Assembly (NCBI GenBank): GCA_964550725.1
Contig: CAZKAC010000070.1
Location: 1-14,637, forward strand
Source: an uncultured archaeon
GTDB lineage: Archaea > Iainarchaeota > Iainarchaeia > Iainarchaeales > JAAZKV01
Length of the DNA stretch: 14,637 nucleotides
Direction: 5' to 3'
This document shows positions 7,469 through 14,637 of the stretch, in pieces. Each line of letters begins with the position of its first letter. Position 1 is the stretch's first letter. The position numbers and the translations under genes were made by a program. The notes under the pieces were generated by a model that was not told the origin of the DNA, searched no databases, and saw only the letters and a program-made list of their open reading frames with translations.

Positions 7469-8212
7469 ATGCAATTAATACTAAAAAATGCTGATGTGTT
7501 CAAAAAAAGTATTGAAGCAGTTTCTGTGCTTATTGATGAAGCAGAAATAATTGTTAATGATTCTGGTTTAGAGTTAAAAGCAACAGATCCTTCACAAATT
7601 TCAATGGTTGATTTTACTTTTCCAAAAAAAGCATTTGAAAAATTTGAAACCGAAGAAACTAGGCTTGGGTTGGATTTAGATTATTTAAATCAAGTTCTTT
7701 CAAGAGCAAGTTTGGGGGATAAATTAGTATTGTCTATTGATGAAAAAAAAGCTTTTTTAATTGTGACTTTTCAAGGGACTGGTGAAAGAAATTTTCAAGT
7801 TCCATTAATTGATATTTCAAGTAATGATGTGCCTAATCCAAAAATTGATTTTGATGCAGAATTAAAAATAAGTTCTTCATTGTTAAAAGAAGCTTTTAAA
7901 GATGCTGCCCTTATAAGTACTCATATAACTATTGGAGTGGATGATAAAAAGTTTTTTGTAAAAGCAAATTCTTCAAAAGGAAATTTAAGCGAAGAGACTC
8001 CTGAAAACAAAGATACTCTTAGTGAAATGAAAGTAAAAAAAGAATGCCAAAGTATGTTTCCACTTGATTATTTACAAGATATGATTAAGGTTGCAGATTC
8101 AAAAGAACCTGTTGAAATTTCTATAAAATCTAATGCGCCAATAAAAATAGCTTATAATATTGGGGATGCGCGAATAACTTATTTTTTAGCTCCTCGAATT
8201 GAAACAGCATAA
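7469..8212 (+). CDS. pcn: DNA polymerase sliding clamp PCNA (paralog 1).
   Basis: The 247-aa protein has the PCNA hallmarks: IEAVSVLIDEA, ATDPSQISMVD, QVPLIDI, and a C-terminal ITYFLAPRIE motif (LAPK/R). Confidence 0.88.
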   Translation: MQLILKNADVFKKSIEAVSVLIDEAEIIVNDSGLELKATDPSQISMVDFTFPKKAFEKFETEETRLGLDLDYLNQVLSRASLGDKLVLSIDEKKAFLIVTFQGTGERNFQVPLIDISSNDVPNPKIDFDAELKISSSLLKEAFKDAALISTHITIGVDDKKFFVKANSSKGNLSEETPENKDTLSEMKVKKECQSMFPLDYLQDMIKVADSKEPVEISIKSNAPIKIAYNIGDARITYFLAPRIETA

Positions 8213-8271
8213 ATAATATAATTTGCTAATATAGAAAAACAATTAAATACTCCTATGCCCTTCTATTAGTA

Positions 8272-8280
8272 AGGTGTGGG
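8272..8280 (+). promoter_or_regulatory. SD-like motif AGGTGTGGG located 3-4 nt upstream of the PCNA-2 ATG.
   Basis: The sequence is aaggtgtgggaaaATG. Nearly the same 9-mer (GGTGTGGGA) lies upstream of priS. Confidence 0.5.
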
Positions 8281-8283
8281 AAA

Positions 8284-9003
8284 ATGATTGAATTAAGTAA
8301 GGTAGAATTTTGGAAAAGAGCAATAGAAGCTATTTCTTCTTTTATTCCTGAAGGAAATTTTCGTTTTTCTGATAAGGGTATTTATTTTAAAGCAATTGAT
8401 CCTAGTCAAATAGTTTTAGTAGATTATTTTGTTGAAAAAAAATTATTTGATAAATATAATATTGAACCAAATTTTGTTGGAATTGATTTAGTTGAATTTA
8501 ACAAACTAATGCAAAGAGTAATGCCTTCTGATAAATTATTAATGGATGTTTCAGATGCTGAAATGAAAATTAAATTAGAATCTGATTTGAAAAGAAATTT
8601 TAAGTTGCCTTTGATTGATGTTTCTGAAGACGAAATAAAAATCCCTGATATTAAATATGAATCTAAAGTAGAAATTTCTGCATTTTCTTTAAAAGAATTA
8701 TTAAGGGATGCAACATTATTTGGAAGTAGTGTAGTTTTAAAAATAAAAGATGGTAAATTTATAGTTGAAGCGAGGGGTTCACAAGGAACAATGGAATCTG
8801 AAGCTCTTAATAAAGTTGCAAAAGTTGAAACAAAAAAAGATGTTACTGCGAAATTTTCACTTAATTTTTTACAAAATATTGTAAAAGAAGCAGATAATGA
8901 AAAGATAATCAAAATTGAGTTAAAATCAGATGCTGCGATGAAGGTATCTTTTAAAATAGGTGATAGTGATATTGTATTTTATTTAGCTCATATGATTTTA
9001 TAA
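8284..9003 (+). CDS. pcn: Second, divergent PCNA paralog in tandem with the first.
   Basis: The 239-aa protein has IEAISSFIPEG, AIDPSQIVLVD, KLPLIDV and a C-terminal IVFYLAHMIL. By eye it is roughly 25-30% identical to paralog 1, with the same length and domain order. Confidence 0.78.
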   Translation: MIELSKVEFWKRAIEAISSFIPEGNFRFSDKGIYFKAIDPSQIVLVDYFVEKKLFDKYNIEPNFVGIDLVEFNKLMQRVMPSDKLLMDVSDAEMKIKLESDLKRNFKLPLIDVSEDEIKIPDIKYESKVEISAFSLKELLRDATLFGSSVVLKIKDGKFIVEARGSQGTMESEALNKVAKVETKKDVTAKFSLNFLQNIVKEADNEKIIKIELKSDAAMKVSFKIGDSDIVFYLAHMIL

Positions 9004-9142
9004 TTTTTATTTATAAAAAATATTTTGAATAAATTTGTATAAATTAATTTATAATTTTTGTATTTTTTTAGCATAATGGTTTTTTTTTGATTTATTCTTA
9101 TTTTGTGAACTTATTTAACTCTTTCTTAAAATAAGTTAATTT

Positions 9143-10288
9143 ATGGAACAGCTCGTTTTTGCTCAAAATTTTCCCTTTACAGAGATTGCTAAAAAAATAA
9201 TTAAAGATACTAAATTGACTCCTGAAAATGTTCCAGAACAAGCAATAAGAAGAGCAGCACTAATGGTTTCGCGAGCAATAACTGGGAAAGAATATTCTTT
9301 AGATTTAAATAATCCTCCAAAAGAATTAATGGAATATGAAGTTATAGCATTTCCAATTGCAAAAATGTTTGTTTCATCAATGAATGTTACAAATATTGAA
9401 AAAAAATTTTCATTATTAATTCAAAAAGCAACATTTAATAGTTTGCTTGAAACTAAAAATTCTTTAGAACTATGTATTGAACTTGCAAATGATTTTGGAG
9501 TAGAGTTTGAACTTTCGGACGAAAAAAACTTTTCTATTGAATTACCTTTACTTGAATTTTTAAAAGTAAATTTTAATGAAGATGAATTAAAATTAATAAA
9601 TCAAGCAACTGAAAAAGGTATAATTTATTTAAACATAAATGACTTTGCTAGATTTCTTTCAGAAAAAGCATATATGAAAACAATTGAATCTTTGCCTATT
9701 CCAAAACAACAAATTCCAAAAAAAATACAACAATTATCTAAAAGTATTGAATCACAAATTTTTGTAATGGAAAAGAAAGAGTTTGATTTAAAAATTGAAG
9801 GAAAAGCAGATCCTAATCTTTTCCCACCATGTATACAAATTATTTATACTCAACAAATTGAAGGGAAAAAATTACCTCATTTTTCAAGATTAACTTTAGC
9901 AACTTTTTTGAAGGCAGTTGGTATGACTCATCAGGAACAAATGAAAATATTTTCAAAGAGTCCTGATTTTAAAGAACATTTAGCGAGTTATCAACTTCAA
10001 AGAATTTATGAAAAAGACTTATCAGCCCCTAGTTGTAAAAAAATTGCGGAATATGGTTTGAAAGTAAAAGAATGTTCTATTTGTGATGTAAAACATCCGC
10101 TACAATATTATAAACGGGAATTAAGAAAAAAATTGAGGTTTCAAAAGAGAGACAATTTAGAGAATAATGATTCAAATAAAATATTAAGTGAAAAAAATGA
10201 AAATAAAGAATTAGTTAAAAGTAAAAATTCAAATGAAAGTTTAGTTAAAAATTTAAATGAAAATGAAAAAAGCAAAAATGAAGATTAA
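9143..10288 (+). CDS. priL: DNA primase large (regulatory) subunit PriL, with the Fe-S domain and a N/K/E-rich C-terminal tail.
   Basis: It has a helical N-domain, then LFPPCIQ (the PPC motif) and three more cysteines (APSCKK and KECSICD). This is the four-cysteine spacing of the PriL C-terminal domain that binds the 4Fe-4S cluster. It lies immediately upstream of priS. Confidence 0.75.
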   Translation: MEQLVFAQNFPFTEIAKKIIKDTKLTPENVPEQAIRRAALMVSRAITGKEYSLDLNNPPKELMEYEVIAFPIAKMFVSSMNVTNIEKKFSLLIQKATFNSLLETKNSLELCIELANDFGVEFELSDEKNFSIELPLLEFLKVNFNEDELKLINQATEKGIIYLNINDFARFLSEKAYMKTIESLPIPKQQIPKKIQQLSKSIESQIFVMEKKEFDLKIEGKADPNLFPPCIQIIYTQQIEGKKLPHFSRLTLATFLKAVGMTHQEQMKIFSKSPDFKEHLASYQLQRIYEKDLSAPSCKKIAEYGLKVKECSICDVKHPLQYYKRELRKKLRFQKRDNLENNDSNKILSEKNENKELVKSKNSNESLVKNLNENEKSKNED

Positions 10289-10295
10289 ATAAAAT

Positions 10296-10304
10296 GGTGT
10301 GGGA
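10296..10304 (+). promoter_or_regulatory. SD-like motif GGTGTGGGA located 5 nt upstream of the priS ATG.
   Basis: The sequence is aaatggtgtgggattgatATG. Confidence 0.5.
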
Positions 10305-10309
10305 TTGAT

Positions 10310-11521
10310 ATGGAGCAAAATCAGGAAGAATTATTTTTAAAAGAACATTTCAAAAAATTTTATGAAAAAAATAAAATAGTTTCTGTTCCAGATGTATCTT
10401 CAAGAGAATTTGGATATGGTGTGTTTAAAAGAAAAATTGCAAATAGAAATTTGTCTTTTAAAACTTTAGATGAAATGAATAAATTTTTACAAAATGAAAG
10501 TCCATTATATTTTTCTTATTCAAATGCATATTATAAATATCCTGATGCTCGTCCGATGAGTGCTAAAGAATTATTAAAGGCAGATATAATTTATGAATTT
10601 GATGCGGATGATTTAGAAACTGATTGTAGAGAAAAACATGATACTTGGGAATGTGCTAATGGGCATAAAGGTAAAGGAGCTCCTTTGTTATGTCCTCAGT
10701 GTGGGTCTAAGGTTTTAGTTCAACAATGGTTTTGTGATGAATGTTTGGGTGCTGCAAAAAAACAAACTTTTAGATTATTAGATTTTTTAGAAAAAGATTT
10801 TAATTTTACAGAAAATATTTTTATTAATTTTTCAGGAAAAGCAGGGTATCATATTCATCTTCGTGATGAAAAATTACAATCAATTAATCGTCGTGCAAGA
10901 ATTGAACTGGTAGATTATTTAACAGGTGCTGGAATATTTTTTTCAAATTTAGGTTATAATCTTTCAGTTAAACGATTAACTTGTCCAGTTGGAAAAGGAT
11001 TATGGAGTAAAAGATTAAATGAGGGTATAAAAAATATGTTTGAAGGAGATCCTAAAAAAATTTCTATTTTGACAGGGATTCCTTTAAAAAAAATAAAAAA
11101 TATTTTTGAAGCAAAAACAGATTTTTTAAAAGCAATGGATAAGGGAATTTTATTTCCAATTGAGGGGAGAAAAAGTAAAGAATTTTGGGAAAAAATACTT
11201 TATGAAATTCTTGAAAATGAAAAAATTCCTATTGATAGACAAACAAGCGTAGATTTACATAAAATAATAAGGGTGCCTGAAACGCTTCATGGTGAAACAG
11301 GATTTGTTGCAAAAAATATTCCTATTGAAAAATTAAAAGGATTTGATCCATTTATTGATCCAGTAGTTTTTGAAAATGAATTAGTAAAAGTTAGAATTCA
11401 AAAAACACCTAAGTTAAAGATAAATAATATTTCATTTGGGCCATTTGATGACTCTATTGAAGAATTACCTCTTTTTTGTGCAGTTTATTTAATTGGTAAA
11501 GGGGTTGCTAAATTTGTTTAA
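10310..11521 (+). CDS. priS: DNA primase small catalytic subunit PriS (archaeo-eukaryotic primase) with a Zn-binding insertion.
   Basis: It has REFGYGVF, the catalytic IYEFDAD motif, a Cys-rich insertion (CREKHDTWEC…CPQCGS…CDEC), and SGKAGYHIHL (the SG.RG.H.H motif). Confidence 0.88.
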   Translation: MEQNQEELFLKEHFKKFYEKNKIVSVPDVSSREFGYGVFKRKIANRNLSFKTLDEMNKFLQNESPLYFSYSNAYYKYPDARPMSAKELLKADIIYEFDADDLETDCREKHDTWECANGHKGKGAPLLCPQCGSKVLVQQWFCDECLGAAKKQTFRLLDFLEKDFNFTENIFINFSGKAGYHIHLRDEKLQSINRRARIELVDYLTGAGIFFSNLGYNLSVKRLTCPVGKGLWSKRLNEGIKNMFEGDPKKISILTGIPLKKIKNIFEAKTDFLKAMDKGILFPIEGRKSKEFWEKILYEILENEKIPIDRQTSVDLHKIIRVPETLHGETGFVAKNIPIEKLKGFDPFIDPVVFENELVKVRIQKTPKLKINNISFGPFDDSIEELPLFCAVYLIGKGVAKFV

Positions 11522-11603
11522 ATTAATTATTTTGTTAGTTTGATGAATGCAAGGTTTTTATAAAGAAGTATACATTCAAATTAATAGTGGGGTTTGGTGA
11601 CTG

Positions 11604-12137
11604 ATGAAAATAAATTATGATGAGCTTAGACGGATACAGCGTTTAGAAAAAAATACATCTAGTTTAGTTGAAGTTGATGAAGATTTTATTGATTCAGTTG
11701 AAGTATTTGTAAATGAACAAAAAAAAGAATATTTAGCTTCATTAAAAAATTTTTCTCCATCGAGTGCAAGAGAATTTGCAAATTTAAAAAGAGTTGTTGA
11801 AGAGGTATTTCTTTTAAGAGAAAAAAAAATATTAAACAAAGCATTAATTGCTTCAAGGACTGATGAGGGTATATTAGAAAAAGTTGCAAAACAAGAAAAA
11901 GAAACTTTTAAAAAAATATTAAAAATACTTTCTGAACATGATAATTTATGTAAAAATCTTTTTGGAGAAAGAAGTGAAAAAAAGACAAGCATGAAAAAAT
12001 TAGTAATTCTTAAAAATGTACCAACTTTTGTAGGGACTGATATGAAAGAATATGGGCCTTTTTCTGAAGGGGATGAAGTGGAATTGCCTGAAAAAGTAGC
12101 AAAACTCTTTGTAACAAGAAAACTTGCAAAAGAATAA
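11604..12137 (+). CDS. gins51: GINS subunit Gins51 (Gins15), with the A domain N-terminal and the B domain C-terminal.
   Basis: The N-terminus MKINYDELRRIQRLEKNTSSLVEVDEDFIDSVEVFV resembles the Gins51 A-domain start. The C-terminal LVILKNVPTFVGTDMKEYGPFSEGDEVELPEKVAKLFVTRKLA matches the Gins51 B-domain. A gins15 gene adjacent to priS is a known archaeal arrangement. SD ggtga lies upstream. Confidence 0.62.
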   Translation: MKINYDELRRIQRLEKNTSSLVEVDEDFIDSVEVFVNEQKKEYLASLKNFSPSSAREFANLKRVVEEVFLLREKKILNKALIASRTDEGILEKVAKQEKETFKKILKILSEHDNLCKNLFGERSEKKTSMKKLVILKNVPTFVGTDMKEYGPFSEGDEVELPEKVAKLFVTRKLAKE

Positions 12138-12207
12138 ATAATTAAAATAAATTAATTTTTTTGAAAATAGTGAGCAATATAAATGGGTTTGTATTTAATA
12201 ATTATGA

Positions 12208-12984
12208 TTGATAAGGTGTGATGAGATGGAGTATCCTGATAGAAATGAGATTGTTATTGTTGAGATAACAAAGGTTTTAGATTATGGAGTTTTTGCAGAG
12301 TTATTAGAATATAATAATGCAAAAGGTTTTGTGCATATAAGTAATGTTTCAAATACTTGGGTAAAAAATATAAGAAATTTTGTTAAACTTGGACAGATAA
12401 GGGCTGCAAAAGTTTTGAATATTGATGTACAAAAAAATCAAGTTGATTTATCTTTTGGTTCAGTTTCTTCACAACGAGAAAAACAAAAAATAAATGATTA
12501 TCGACAATTTAAACGATCAGAAAAATTGATTGAAGCATTAGCAAAACAAAATAAAAAAGATGTTGATGAAGTTTGGGAAAAAGTTGCAGAACCTTTAATT
12601 GAAGAGTTTGATAGTTTGCATGATGCATTTAAAAAAATTGCAATGGGGGCAGACATTGAAAAAATTATTCCAAAAATTTGGATAATTCCTTTAAAAGAAC
12701 TTGTTGATAAAAACATTAAAATTTCAGAAAAAGTTTTAAAAGGGAATGTGAAAGTTTCTTCAGTTTCTTCAAATGGTTTAGATGAAGTTAAAGAAGTTTT
12801 GAAAGATTTACAAAAAATAAAAGGGTGTGATATAATTTATGTTGGAGCAGGAACTTATGCAGTTTCTTTTGTTGCATCAACATTCAAATTAGCTGAGAAA
12901 GCACTTAATGATTTTGTAAAACGGGGTGAAGAATTATCTAAGAAAAAAGGAGTTAATTTTTCATTTAAAAAAACGGATGAATAA
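12208..12984 (+). CDS. eif2a: Translation initiation factor aIF2 alpha subunit. The track start is TTG; the likely true start is ATG 12226, which follows AAGGTGTGA.
   Basis: It has an S1 domain (IVIVEITKVLDYGVFAELLEYNNAKGFVHISNVS…W.KNIRNFVKLGQ) followed by the alpha-helical domain and the C-terminal alpha-beta domain. Its length is about 252-258 aa. Confidence 0.85.
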   Translation: MIRCDEMEYPDRNEIVIVEITKVLDYGVFAELLEYNNAKGFVHISNVSNTWVKNIRNFVKLGQIRAAKVLNIDVQKNQVDLSFGSVSSQREKQKINDYRQFKRSEKLIEALAKQNKKDVDEVWEKVAEPLIEEFDSLHDAFKKIAMGADIEKIIPKIWIIPLKELVDKNIKISEKVLKGNVKVSSVSSNGLDEVKEVLKDLQKIKGCDIIYVGAGTYAVSFVASTFKLAEKALNDFVKRGEELSKKKGVNFSFKKTDE

Positions 12985-13074
12985 AATATTTGAATTTAAT
13001 AAAAAATTAAATTTATTTAATAAAAAGAAAATATTATATATTGGTTAAATTATAAGTGTTGTTTAAGTGATTTT

Positions 13075-13854
13075 ATGCCTACAAAAATATTTGTATTAAA
13101 AAAAATTAATCCAGTGGATGCGACAGTTTTGGTTGGTTTGCCAGGTATTGGGTTAGTTGGAAAAATTACTGTGGATTATTTATTAAAACAATTTAAACCT
13201 GAAAAAATCGCAGAAGTTTATTCAGATTCTTTTCCTCCAAGTATTCATACAAAAAATTCAAAAATAATGATGATTAAAAATGAAATATTTTATTTAAAAA
13301 AAGGAAAAAAAGAGTTTATTTTTTTTGCAGGACCAGTACAACCAACTCTTGATTTTAAAGCAGGGTCTTCACAAGAACATTATGAGTTTGCCGAAACTAT
13401 GATTAATTTTTTTAAATCATTAAATGTTGTTGAAGTAACAACGCTTGCTGGAGTAAATGTAGGGGATGAACGACTTAATAGAAAACCAGAAGTAATAATT
13501 GCAGGTACTGATGATTTGATAATTGAAGAATGGTTAAAAGCTGGTGCAAAAAAAGATAAAAAAGAAGGGCTTATTGCTGGAGCGGCAGGTTTGCTTGTTG
13601 GGCTTGGAAAATTAAGAAGTATTAAAGGAGCATGTTTAATGGGTGAAACAAATTCACAATTAATTTATGGTGATCAAGGAAGTGCAAAAAGAGTTATTGA
13701 AGTATTATCAAAAAAATATGGTTTTAAAATAAACATGAAATCAATTGAAAAAGAAACTAAAGAAATTGAAAAACAATTTAATGAATTAAATAAACAACTT
13801 GAATCAATTGAAGATGAAACTTCTCCAAAAGGTGGTTTAAATTACGTTCGATAA
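13075..13854 (+). CDS. PAC2-family (COG1938) proteasome assembly chaperone-like protein.
   Basis: The motifs VLVGLPGIGLVGKITVDYL, GACLMGETN and a C-terminal coiled-coil are typical of archaeal PAC2/PbaA-like proteins. Confidence 0.62.
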   Translation: MPTKIFVLKKINPVDATVLVGLPGIGLVGKITVDYLLKQFKPEKIAEVYSDSFPPSIHTKNSKIMMIKNEIFYLKKGKKEFIFFAGPVQPTLDFKAGSSQEHYEFAETMINFFKSLNVVEVTTLAGVNVGDERLNRKPEVIIAGTDDLIIEEWLKAGAKKDKKEGLIAGAAGLLVGLGKLRSIKGACLMGETNSQLIYGDQGSAKRVIEVLSKKYGFKINMKSIEKETKEIEKQFNELNKQLESIEDETSPKGGLNYVR

Positions 13855-13893
13855 TTAATATAATTTTAATTTATATTAAACTCCTTTTCTTAT

Positions 13894-13962
13894 TTTTTTA
13901 TAATTAGTTTTTGTTTTGGAATAATTAGTTTGTTTTATTTTTTTATAATTAGTTTTTGTTTT
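13894..13962. repeat. Three direct copies (two perfect, one degenerate) of ataattagttt(t)tgtttt, embedded in T-rich sequence in the convergent 3' intergenic region.
   Basis: Read directly: tttttttataattagtttttgttttgga ataattagtttgttttattttttt ataattagtttttgttttta. The last copy abuts or overlaps the UDG stop codon. Confidence 0.6.
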
Positions 13963-14543
13963 TACTTTTTTTTATTTAAAATTTTTTTTAAGTTTTTTAA
14001 ATCTTCAAAACCTTTTCGTCCATTTCTTAAATAGTATGCTGGGTGGTAAATAAAAAACAATTTATTTTTTTTGTATTCTTTAACATCTCCAACTTTTAAA
14101 TCTTTATCAAATATACTTCCCGCACTTCTTCCAAGTGGTATAATAACTTTTGGATTAATTACGTCAATCATTTTTTGGGTGTATGGTAAGAAGTATTTAA
14201 TTTCTTGGGGAGTTGGGGGTCTAATTTTTTTTTCTTTAGAAAGGGGAATTATTGGAACAACATTCATTATTGCAAAATCTTTATCTTTGATTCCAAGTTT
14301 TAAAACCCACTCATTCAAAAGTTTTCCACTTCTTCCAATAAATGGTTTTCCATTAGCATTTTCAGTAAATCCAGGCGCTTCTCCAATGAATAAAATTTTT
14401 GCACAATCGCTCCCTCTTCCAAAAACAATATTTCCATCAGTGTCTAAAACATTTTGATATAATTTATGTTTTTTTGCATTTGTTAATAATGTTTCGCGAA
14501 CATTTTTTAGTTTTTTACTTTTGTCCAATTCCATACGAATCAC
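13962..14543 (-). CDS. udg: Uracil-DNA glycosylase, family-4 type, apparently lacking the Fe-S cysteine ligands. The track start is GTG; ATG at MELDK is the likely start.
   Basis: Motif A is FIGEAPGFTENANGKPFIGRSGKLL (GE[AG]PG…PF.G..G). Motif B is FIYHPAYYLRN (HPAYLLR). The overall length and order of motifs are as in Thermus/archaeal UDGa. Confidence 0.72.
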   Translation of the reverse strand: MIRMELDKSKKLKNVRETLLTNAKKHKLYQNVLDTDGNIVFGRGSDCAKILFIGEAPGFTENANGKPFIGRSGKLLNEWVLKLGIKDKDFAIMNVVPIIPLSKEKKIRPPTPQEIKYFLPYTQKMIDVINPKVIIPLGRSAGSIFDKDLKVGDVKEYKKNKLFFIYHPAYYLRNGRKGFEDLKNLKKILNKKK

Positions 14544-14637
14544 TTGTTTATTATTTATTTAATTATTTTTATAATTAATAAAATCAATCAAAATTTTACT
14601 TATAGAAAAATTGATACTAATTATTTGTATTTGTTTA

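Noticed and set aside
8424-8912. A 162-aa minus-strand ORF inside PCNA-2.
   Set aside because: It is antisense to a conserved PCNA gene. Its S/F/L-rich translation is typical of a reverse-complement frame.
11539-11606. A possible C/D-box sRNA, with UGAUGA at about 11541 and CUGA at about 11601, in the priS-gins51 spacer.
   Set aside because: I found no internal D' or C' boxes and no terminal stem. The CUGA overlaps the gins51 start codon, and UGAUGA and CUGA are frequent by chance in AT-rich DNA.
11615-12716. Minus-strand ORFs inside gins51 (11615-11992 and 11686-11889) and inside eIF2-alpha (12498-12716).
   Set aside because: They are antisense shadows of conserved CDSs.
13840-13854. The C-terminus of the PAC2-like protein, considered as an HbYX proteasome-docking motif.
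   Set aside because: The protein ends …NYVR, with Tyr at the antepenultimate rather than the penultimate position, so it does not fit HbYX.
14071-14457. A 128-aa plus-strand ORF inside the UDG gene.
   Set aside because: It is antisense to a CDS with clear family-4 UDG motifs.
1-14637. I looked for CRISPR arrays, transposases or integrases, and tRNA or rRNA genes.
   Set aside because: I found no spaced direct-repeat array and no transposase or integrase-like ORFs. None of the intergenic spacers is long enough or GC-rich enough to hold a tRNA.

Overview
AT-rich (roughly 25-30% GC by eye) archaeal chromosomal segment; the K/I/N-rich proteins and low-complexity tails suggest a DPANN-like or similarly streamlined archaeon. 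Nearly every ORF is a recognisable archaeal housekeeping gene. From 5' to 3' the window holds a C-terminal fragment of membrane LonB protease (+), a DUF373 membrane protein (-), an SPFH/stomatin-like protein with a lysine-rich tail (+), a convergent rpoL-csl4 pair (-; RNA polymerase subunit L and exosome cap subunit Csl4), and a SpoIIM/DUF95-like membrane protein (+). These are followed by an archaeal type-I signal peptidase (+) and a small membrane-anchored hypothetical protein (+). Next comes a replication/translation island, all on the + strand: two tandem, divergent PCNA paralogs, primase large subunit PriL, primase catalytic subunit PriS, Gins51 (Gins15) and translation initiation factor aIF2-alpha. 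The window ends with a PAC2-family proteasome assembly chaperone (+) and a family-4-type uracil-DNA glycosylase (-). I saw no tRNA or rRNA genes, CRISPR arrays, transposases or integrases. Several genes carry Shine-Dalgarno-like GGTG/GGAGG motifs 4-9 nt upstream of their starts; the six-frame ORF track sometimes begins at an upstream GTG/TTG, and the likely true ATG lies a few codons downstream, as noted per gene. The features worth a second look are these: the two PCNA paralogs in tandem; an RG/N/F-rich C-terminal extension of about 110 aa on Csl4 that also contains the rpoL ribosome-binding site and start; a family-4 UDG in which all four canonical Fe-S cysteine ligands appear to be replaced; several low-complexity protein tails encoded by short tandem nucleotide repeats; and a triplicated ~22-nt direct repeat in the convergent 3' region between the PAC2 and UDG genes. 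I do not see evidence for a defence system, mobile element or other obviously novel multi-gene system. The window reads as core informational-gene territory with some lineage-specific embellishments.
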